Origin: Paraspadella gotoi | Lineage: Eukaryota > Animalia > Chaetognatha | DNA length: 64,000 nt | Direction of reading: 5' to 3' | NCBI GenBank assembly: GCA_051294375.1 | Contig: CM119263.1 | Location: 5,392,823-5,456,822 of the forward strand | Part shown: piece by piece, positions 40,383 to 50,100 of the stretch | Position numbering within the stretch: position 1 is the first letter of the stretch | Layout of the letters: each line of letters begins with the position of its first letter | Made by a program: the position numbers and the translations under genes | The notes under the pieces: model-generated | Database searches by the model: none | What the model saw: the letters and a program-made list of their open reading frames with translations, nothing else | Told to the model about the DNA's origin: nothing

Positions 40383-43300
40383 ATGATGCGAGCCTTCCAT
40401 TTAATCATCTTCTGTTTTTGTTGCTACTGCTGTTGCGACTCACTTTCCGCTCTCCATGTCAAAGGGGTTTGGAACACCGGGACTTTCTTTCACTACTTGA
40501 CCCGGTTTGGTTTTCAAAAAACTGTCAAGACAAAGGAGAGAGAAACTCAGGTACTTAGCGTAGCCTAGAGATTTTAAATAGTGTTAACTTTCAAAGTTCT
40601 CTTCACCGGACATCGATGCTTTTTCACCAGGGTTACGTTTACGGGAACATAAGTTCGGATCCGTCTCTTCCTGGTTACACTTTGGCCATTGTCCACGAGG
40701 AATTGTTCCCTGTCTTTTACGAGACCAGAGAGCATTACCCCAAGGTGAATCTTCTATATTTTACAATCCTTTACAATATTCAACAATGCTTATGTTTTCT
40801 TCCTCAAGGAAAATGTTTGCCAACGGATGTTCGAACGTCTTGATTGCGACGCGGGCGTCAATGAGACAGAGGGCATCTTACGGGGCATTCCGGGAATTGA
40901 GAATTCCGCCACAAAAGATTATCAGTTCATTTGGCCGATTAAGGAATTCAAAGAACCTAGGTATTTGGTGATATTTATGATAACAATATGGTTATAATTT
41001 CACAACACCTTACATGAAAATCTAAATTTAAACACGTATGAGAGTTTAAATCTTAGATTTATGTTAATATTTGATGCATTAAACCTATCGGTAAATTTTT
41101 TAACCGACTTGAAAACTCCCAGATTTTGGTTCCTGTCTATGGTGGCCTGTCGCCGCGTGTCCCCCTGTCGGTGGGAGATTACGAAACAAGAGGAAGCTTC
41201 CGACATCCAATATTCGGTTTGGTTGGTCAACGGATCTCCTGACTCCAAAAGCCTCAATCCATTAGAGCATCAGTTTTCCTACGACGAACAAGACATCATC
41301 GAAATTTATCTTGTCTTCCTTCTCGCTTATGTCATCATTCTGCCTATTCAGGTTCCGTGGGGAGAAATGTGGGCTTTTGTGGGTTACAATTATCACCTTA
41401 TATGTGTAATTGACTAATTGTGTATCATATAATTTTTTAAAACGTGCTATAAATAGTGAAAAGTAGATTCATCTATTACATATTACATATTATTAGCAAC
41501 CTCGGCGGTGAGAGTTTTTCTGTGTCCGTATCTTGTTAAAAAGAAGATGCTATGGCAACAGCCGAGTTGCCTGTGATGCCCATTGGGATGGGGCATCTCA
41601 CTGTTGGCTTTGGGGGCTTCCGACCCTCAGTGACGCCTCCAGTCACTGGCGCGGTTACCCTAGGACGGTCTCGCTTTGCCAACGCAGAGGGAAGTCGTTA
41701 GGACTGTGGATGGAACACTACGCCTGGGATGGTGTGTTCCCCCTCTGAGCCAATGGATTTGGCTGACGGATGGTGGACGTGAGGCGGTGTGAATATACCG
41801 CCACAATGGCTTGAATAAGTCATTGTTTCTTTTTACGAATTTTATAGTTGTGTACATCACTTACCTTGTGTGTACATTGTCAACTGGATTCAAGTATGTA
41901 TTTAAGTGTAAGAGTTTTTACCGATGACATCCCCTATTCTCTTCCGGACAGACCTGGGCGTTCGGTCGCCAAAACGGTCACCCTCTGCCAAGATTGTTGA
42001 CGGCGGCCATTGGATTGGAATTGGCGGGAATTTTCTTGAATCTCGTCCACTTTTTGAAATTTGCTTCTGACGGCGTCCCGGTGGATCCTGTGCGAATTAT
42101 AGGTGAGGCGTTGTCGTCGTCATTGTTGTCATCATCATCATGATCATCAACGTCAGCATCGTTATTGCATTGGATAATCTTCGGAACATCTTTCCTCCTT
42201 CAGGAAATCTCTTGGACAGTTTCGGTCAGTCCTGCTTGATACTTATCCTGATCCTTATCGCTCGTGGCTGCTGCATTTCGGCCAAACCTTTCACGCACAA
42301 AACCTTAATCGGCTCCTTGTGGGGAAGCGCCACCATCCTTTACGCCGTCTTCTTCGCTTGGAATTTGGTGAGGGATTTATTTAAATTTATTTTTAGCATT
42401 TAGATTTATGATTCCTGGTTTTTAGGCTGAAGAGGACGAGATTAACGATTTGGATCAGTGGTCAACTTGGCCTGGATATCTCGCTCTCTCGCTGAGGATC
42501 GTCATGGCCGTTTGGTTCGTCTACGAGCTCAACACTACATTTACTGTAGAAGTAAGTTATTGAAATTGGTACAACCAATATAAAAATTATCCATTCATTT
42601 AATAAATAACCTTTCTTGCCCCTGACTTTGGACAGGCTTTGGTGGTTTAAGGCCTCCATCACTCTTACTCCATCTCTTACTCTTACATTTATCATTATTC
42701 TTCCATTATAAATTAGTATTTCTCTACCCCTTTTTTAACAGACGTCTTCTAAGAAATTAAAACTTTTTCTCCATGTGGGCGCGGGCTTCCTTGTTTGGTT
42801 CGTCTATTTACCAATTGTTGCCTTAATCGGTGTTCACATTTCCGCCCTCTACCGATTCAAAACCATACTGTGCATTTCTTACACGGCTGATTTTTTAGCC
42901 ATCGCCGCCCTTGTTCATTTGTTTTGGCCAGAGAGGTGAGACCGTCTCGATGAATTTAGGAAATTAAATAATTAGTATTTTAATATCTTTTATTTGTTGT
43001 TCAAATTTCATTGTGTTAAGTTTAATAAATTGTAAAAGGACGTTTAATGGATCGAGGGATTATTAGGAAACCAGACTCGCCAGTTAAACAGTAGTAGTAA
43101 AATTCGACATTTTTATCGAATTGAGCGGTAACTAAGATAAAAGCCCGCATTATTAGGGCGAGCCTTCATTTGTTTCTCCCCTTTTTGTTCACAGATTTTC
43201 ACAAATGAACGAAATTGTGATCGAATCAACTAAAAAATCGGATCACAAATCAGTGACATCGTTCACTTTCGCTGCAACGGAGATGGAATCTCTCCTAGAA

Positions 43301-43492
43301 TCACCAGACTCCCCTGCCCGAGAGAACTCCGCGGTACCAACCCCTCGCGGTGCCAATGCCATCCTTTCCCGCGGCGCCAACCGGGACCGTCACATCTCGC
43401 GATCGTGTTACGGCGCCGAGGAACCCGATCACAGCTTCATCGCCGAATTACTGGAGGATGACAACGAGGGTTTTCTCAGCAGCGACTCTTAG
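40383..43492 (+). CDS. GPR180/TMEM145-family (intimal thickness-related receptor-like, GOLD + 7TM) membrane protein, 9 exons, ~531 aa
   Basis: Exons with GT-AG boundaries and consistent phases: 40383-40550, 40631-40744, 40809-40960, 41123-41351, 41952-42102, 42204-42367, 42426-42551, 42742-42935, 43195-43492 (1596 nt including TAG). Signal-peptide-like N-terminus, then LHVKGVW..RFGFQKT..GYVYGNI, PRFWFLSMVAC, EHQFSYDEQD, HFLKFASDG, LILIARG, WPGY and FLVWFVYLP..LFWP, motifs I recognise from invertebrate GPR180-like proteins. Confidence 0.88.
41504..41834 (+). ncRNA. Candidate structured ncRNA (7SK-like topology) in intron 4 of the GPR180-like gene
   Basis: GC-rich island in an AT-rich intron with at least 8 stems whose non-Watson-Crick pairs are mostly G-U on the + strand. 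5' GGCGGTG (41504-10) is complementary to TACCGCC (41796-802), followed by terminal hairpin 41803-26 and TTCTTTTT. Confidence 0.5.
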
Positions 43493-43510
43493 CGGAGATT
43501 AAAATGAATA

Positions 43511-43578
43511 CGAGCGGCGCCATTTTTGGATTCGAGGTGGCGCCATTTTTGGATCCGAGATGGCGCCATCTGTGATCC
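43511..43578. promoter_or_regulatory. Triple 22-23-bp repeat carrying YY1-type CGCCAT(TTT) motifs between the GPR180-like stop and the LYST start
   Basis: cgagcggcgccatttttggatt / cgaggtggcgccatttttggatc / cgagatggcgccatctgtgatc. The third unit contains the palindrome AGATGGCGCCATCT (43558-71). Confidence 0.4.
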
Positions 43579-44150
43579 AAAATCAGATTCTAACTGACGC
43601 CACGCAACAATGGATCTCAAGAGATTTTCAAAGAATTGAAAAAAAAAAATCAAATCAACATTCTTTTTTGTTTGTTGGCACTGATTAATTTATATTCCAA
43701 TTTATCATATTTTATGTTTTCATGCTAAATTTAAAATACATATATCGTTCTAATTCACGGTTAAATTATTTTAAAATTCATATTACCTACTTTAGAATAA
43801 AATTTAGTTTTTAGAATTCTAGTTTTTAGAAATCTACTCAAGTCGCTGATCCAATTCAGGTCCCGGTTCCGGTTCTGGTTCCGATTCTTAAGTTTGATTC
43901 CTCTGCGATGCGAGTATCAAAAATCCTGTAATTTAATTATTATGATTGTGAGTGAATTTTCAGTTCTAGATTTGTCTAGATCAGTAACCGATATTATTTT
44001 GGGGAAAAAAGAATAACGGTTAGTTTTTATATTACCGAATTATTTCTAACTTATTACACTCTATAGTAATTTAAATTATTTATTTTGTTTTATTTAGAAT
44101 AAAAAAGTATGTCCTAAACCGAATATCTTAACTTGGTGATACCTGTTATC

Positions 44151-47100
44151 ATGAAACAATTGGCTGTGAAAAACTATCACGATTTAACGAGTTGGACACA
44201 ACATTTAAAAAATCTGAAAGACTCAAGTTCAGGTAAGTTACGTAATCATTTTGTCAAGTAAAACAAAAAATGTGATTACGATTCCCGCTACACTAAACAA
44301 ATGTAGTAAATTTAACTGATTTTTCCAGATTTGGACGATGAAACATTAAAACTGCTTGAAATATTTCTTCGTCGATGGTTGAATTTTCATTCCAAGGATC
44401 CCAAAAATAGGTTAATGGATTTGTAGTGTCGTAGTTATTAAATTACATAAATTTTCAGCTTATCTGGCAAATTTTGATTTGTCTTATCTTGAGATTTTTT
44501 TAGTTACCAGACGAAAAAGGAGTCATGTCGTTAAAAATCGAAGAAAACGAGTTTTTTCTCTTTTTTTTTCGTCAAACTTGATTATTTAATTAAAACAATA
44601 ATGAAAAAAACTCTTCTCTTCCCAAGTCGTCTGATTTGAAAATTTGAGTCTTTAGTCTTTAAGTTTAAGCATTTTTTTTGACTGGAGATTCTTCAGTTTC
44701 TTTTGATTTAACTTAAAAAAAAAAAAAAAATATCGACGAAATTATGTATTTTCAATCGAGCGACAATTACAAGTAAATTGACATACGAGTTGATGAAAAC
44801 ATTACAAATGAAATGAGAACATATTTACCTAAATATAGTCTTATTTCCCCCCCCCCCATTCCTGACCCCCTAGCGACCTTGACACCGTAACTCACGTTCT
44901 TTGTCGCGAACTTCTTTCGGACATTCGTTCAATATGCGTCTCTCATTCCGAAGCCGCGGCGGCTTCCCCCCGTCTTCCGGCGCCGAGCCCACCCCTTTCG
45001 GCTCGGGACCCGACTCGTCGGACGCCGGACCCGCCCCTTTCGGCACCGGGTTCACCCCATCCGGCTCTGGGTCAACTCCTCTCGACACAACCTCACGTTT
45101 CGAGCGGACTCCAACCCACTCATCGCGCGTCACCTTCAATCCTTCGACCCCACCCCCCCAAACCTCGACCCTAACTCTCTCTTCCACACCTCCACCTGAC
45201 CAACCATCCGAGGATCTCCTCGCTGGACCCATCCGCGCCGTCTCATCTTCCGACGCTCTCCGGCTTAAGACTTACCTCCTCGGAAGCCGTGGATGCCTCT
45301 TCCTTTACGTACTGCATCATCTGGTCAGGCTGGGCTGTTCTCCTCAGCGTCAAGTTCTGGAGTTGCTGGTGTCTTTGATCCCTGTTATGACTTCCGCCGC
45401 TGACGAGGAGGCCGGGGGTAATGGGGAGACGGCGGCGGCTGCGGAGGGAGCGGCGGCGGAAGGGGCGGATGCTGAGGGGGCGGCAGCTGCGGCGACGTTA
45501 GAGACGGCGGCTGGGGCGGCGGCGAAAATTGAGAAAACTCCGTCCGTCGAGTCTTGTTTTCGTTCGACTTTGGAAGAAAAGTTGGGAATCGAAAAGAAGG
45601 AAGAAGGTGAGGGCTATGGTAAGGTGAGGAAAGGAAAGAGAAAGACGAAAGGGAGGAAAGGAAATGGGGATGAAAGAGAGGAAAAGTTAAGGAATGAAAG
45701 GGAAGGAAAAAAATTAACAAAAGTTTGGATTGTGTGGATGATGTAAATTGAAAAAGGATGAAAGGCAGGAAGAAGTGGAAGTGAAGATGAAAGTGAGAAA
45801 AAAAAAAAAGGAATTTAAATGTGTACGAGAAAGGCGAGAAAGAAAGGAAGAGGACAGGAGAGAGAGAATAAGAAAGGTAAAGGAATTCTGAGAATTCAGT
45901 TGAAAAGTCTTCTTATCTTCTTTGACATTTCTCGAAATTCCCTCCCAGTTCGTCTTGACCAGGATCTCCTCAACGCGGTCGTCAAACACGCAATCGAAAT
46001 AAACGATCGAGATTCCAACGATGGATCGAAAATGATCGACGGGCGGCGGCGGAGGCTGCGTCGGCGGCGGCGAACGCGTCTCCCGAACGAAATGGACGAC
46101 ACTTCGTCCTACGGTGACTCTGACGCTGCGGCCGAAGCCGCGGAGCGAGAAGGAAACAGATACAGATTTTGGAAAACATTTTTTCACGTGAAAGATGAAG
46201 ACGAGAAGGAGGCAGAGGAGGATATGGAGGTGGACGAGGAGGTGGACGAGGAGGTGGAGAGTATTTTCCAAGGAAAAGTGAGTCTAATTCTAATGTGATT
46301 GTTTTAAAATGAAAAAATTTGGATCGTTTCAAACTTGGGGGGGGGGAATATTTGATTTTTGACGGAAAAAAACAATTTAAAAGCTGCTACGAACATATAT
46401 GATATTTTTTATAATAAAACATTACCTTTTTAATAAAATGCTCAGGCCAAGATCGTGCGCCCCTCCAATACTAAGCCCCTTCGATCGACGCCGCTCGACT
46501 TCGTCATGTCCGTCCTCAATCTCCTCGTCGACGCCGTCATCTTCGAATCCGAGCAGACGACTTCGCCGAAATCGAACAAAACTAAACCGGGCGCCGGCGC
46601 CGCCAACTCAAAGCCCCCTCCGCCTCTTTCCCTCCACATTTTGAAGCCCCTGTTGTTGGCCTTTGAAGAACTGAGCTACATCGTTCGCCGGCCGCCCGAT
46701 CCTACGGCCGCGTGCCCCACGGGGCGTCTCCTCGCCGTCACTTACATGGAGCGAACTCTCTTCAAAATCGTGGGCGTCATCGTCCGACGATTGGGACCTC
46801 AGAGTTTGCCTCATGTCAGCCTCACCAATATTTCTCTTCTCAATTTATTCTCGTATCCGATTCGTTCGTCGTTCGTCTTCGTCGTTTCTGACGTCCTTCA
46901 GGTAAAACGATCTAGCCTTTAGGACAAAGGTCCGGGGTTCGAGCCCGGTGGCCGTCTCGCGAATCAAGTGGGACGGGGCATAAAACATAGTGCCTTATTT
47001 GACCTATTAATTTGTAAACGGTTTAATCATTGATTCATAACAATTAGTCCCTCTTCAGTCTTCAGATTACTATTAATCTTTAAAATTTTTTTTTAAAATG

Positions 47101-50100
47101 GCTCCTCGTAATATTATTTAAATAATATAATAATAAAATTAATACAATAAATAATAATAAATAATAATGATAATAATTAAATTTAATAAATGTATTATAA
47201 TTATATATTTTACTTTAATAAACAATGCCCATAACCGATTTTTTCCTCGTAAAAATTGAATGTTTCTTTTTCAGGGAGTTTTTTGGGGAATTCAGAAGTT
47301 GCTTGAGTCTTTGCCTCTCAACCCGACGTTTATATCTTCCGCTATGGGCCTTGTGCACGATTACAATGCTTGGAAAGGCCCGCATATATTTTCCCAAGTT
47401 ATGCAGGTAAATTTAGGACCCTTGTATTTCAGATAAGAAATAAAATTAAAATAAAAATTTTTAAAAAAAAATTAATAAGATTACATTTATAATGACTCTG
47501 TCCCTTTGTTTAGGTTTCATCACAAATTTTATCAGGTGAACAGGAATGCCTGATGGATGTTGTCTACATTGAACGTTCTATTAAAGCAACCATCAAAGCG
47601 ATTTCTACCCTGATGACGTCATGCAAAAAAACCAAAAATGCTTATATTCATGCAGGTTAGTTAAATATGTTTCATGACTTTTTTTTAAATTAAACCCACT
47701 TTTAGAATTAAGTCTAATGGTTCATGAATCGGGAATCCTATGTATTAGTAACGTCAATAAATTTTATTCAAAATTAATATAATATCACTATGTTTATTTG
47801 TATATAGTGAAGTGCCTTAAACGAAGACACAATCAGCTCTGCTCCACTTCGGAATATCTTAATCATCATCACAACATATTATCTTTTCAAGAATCCGGTA
47901 TGTTTAAACTAATTCGCCACTTTAGTCAAGAAATATTTAAAGACAAATATTTTTACAGGTTTACGTAAGGATTCCGCAGTATTTTCTGTTCATGAAGCTT
48001 TACCAAGTTTCTCTTTCAAAAAAGAGTCTTGTGTTATATCTTTGTTGTCCCAAAATGTCCTCGATTCTCTTGCAACTTGCCAATCCCGCAGTTTGTGTCA
48101 CAATTTGTTAACTGGTCTCGAAATCGGCGGAGTTTGTTGTTGCATGGAACCGGAATTTGTTTTAAAATGCCTCCTTTCTAAGCTGCAACGATTCGATTCT
48201 ACTTTTATTGATTTTACTCTCAATGTAATGAAAAAGTTGTTGATCGAACAACTCGGGTTATCGGCTCGACCATCTGCCAATTCACTTTACTTGTGCCCAC
48301 AGTGTCAATCAGATCAAAGTGATTTGGCTTTTTTAGGTTATTACCGACAGCTGTTGATAATGTCAAATGATCACGCACTCACCGACAAATTGTGCCTTCA
48401 CATTTTAAGCATTGTTGAGCAAGGTACAATTAATGTTAGAGAAACTATGTTCATTCAAGTAATCCATCCAATGCTAAAAGTAGTACCTTGGCAAAAACTT
48501 GCGGAACCTGATAGTGATACCGATTTTCACTCTCATGCCAAAAATCCAATAGTCATGTCTGAAGCAATATTCGAAGGTTGCTTGAAATCCTTACCATTAT
48601 TACTCGTCTCCCAGGTTGCTAAACAAACATTTGTAGGTGAGAACGGCTTAAATTTTATCATTAAACTCATGGGCTATGGAAAGTACATTGATTACGCAAT
48701 GCTCCTTCTTGAAAGTATCATAAACACGGGTGGTGTTGTCTCCTCTGATACAGAATTCACCAGCGATCAAGATTTGCAAGCAGAAGAGGCTTTGTCTCTA
48801 GTCGATGACACTAGCGATGATTCATTTCAACCAAAATCGGAACTCCCGCAAAGTAATTTAAAGTCTGAGTTGGATTTACTTTTAGTTTTACTTTTAAATA
48901 CTAAATTAACTAATATGGAAGACCTTATACAAGAAAACATTTACAAGGAAGTGTTTGAAGTTGTGGGTAAAAGAGAAAAATATTTCACTGATTTAAAAAC
49001 TATGAAAGCTTTGTGGTTGTTGTGTTTAAAATTATTTGCCACTAACAAGCAATTTAAAAATAAATTTAAAAGTTTAAAGGAGTATGGTAATCATGTAGAG
49101 TTACAGTTGATTCATCTTCTTAATTTGCTCTGCGTTTCTTCTCCAATATATTCCCATTTAGAAAGCTCATCAAAATGGGCTGATGTGATGACACTTTTTG
49201 AAATTTTATTAACTTTATTTTGTGAAACGAGAAGTAATGATTCTTTGTCCCTGGACGCTTTGTTTGTAATGATTACATCAAATCTTAATCTTCTTGATTC
49301 AGTCATTTTTAAGATTTTATTTCGGGTTATAAATGCTTCATATGGAATTAATAATGTTTTGACTCTATCAACTGTAAAAAACAGATATAGAGAAGAAATT
49401 CTTGCAAAATCGGTTATTTCTGAGGCCGAGGTTTGGGAAGAGGAAAGTAACCCTTCTGTATCTATCACAGATGATAAAGGTTATGATGCTGATACGGAGG
49501 CAGTGAATGAAGTTTCTTCACTTGATGATGATGTTGTAAGATTGACTCCAATTACAATGAAACCAAACATAATTGTTGAGCTCCCAGAACTAATGATTTT
49601 GGCAATAAAAGTAACTATTTTTATTATTAGCGCTCAAAATGAAAGCTTAATTGATGATCAAGTTTTGGAGTGTGTTAAACTCTTATCTCGGGTTCATGAA
49701 GCTATGAAACTCTCTGACCAAAACAAATTAAAATTGTTTGAATTTAATGTCGCATCTTTACTTTTGGACGGATTTCAAGAAATCCTTATTTCAAGCTCAT
49801 TTTCCACTCTTTCATCTCGTACCTTAACAACATTACAAAGAATTGTAATAACTTTAACACAGGAAGTAATGAAAAGTGGCCTTTCCAAAGAGAACCTAAC
49901 TTCTTTAATAAGGTTACTGTCAAAAAATCCCTCTACGTCTTTATGTGATTTATTAACTTGCTTTTTAGAAATTATAACTGCTCATCCCCACAAACCATCT
50001 TGCGTTCTTGAGTTTCCTGTGATTTCAAAACCAACCACTTCTCTTGAAACTTCAATAAACAAATTAATATTAAATGACAAAGAAGAAGATTCGACGAGTT

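Noticed and set aside
41645-41670. Telomerase RNA template (ttaccctag)
   Set aside because: Does not match 1.5 repeats of CCCUAA or CCUAA, and no H/ACA end was recognised.
41620-41820. RNase P/MRP RNA identity for the intronic structured island (GGGAAGUC..., GAGCCAAU, ACAAUGGCUU)
   Set aside because: Only partial resemblance to CR-I, CR-IV and CR-V. I found no convincing P1-P3, no AGUCCCC/GGGGCU or GUCUGA/UCAGAC P4, and the spacing is short. Needs a covariance-model search to exclude fully.
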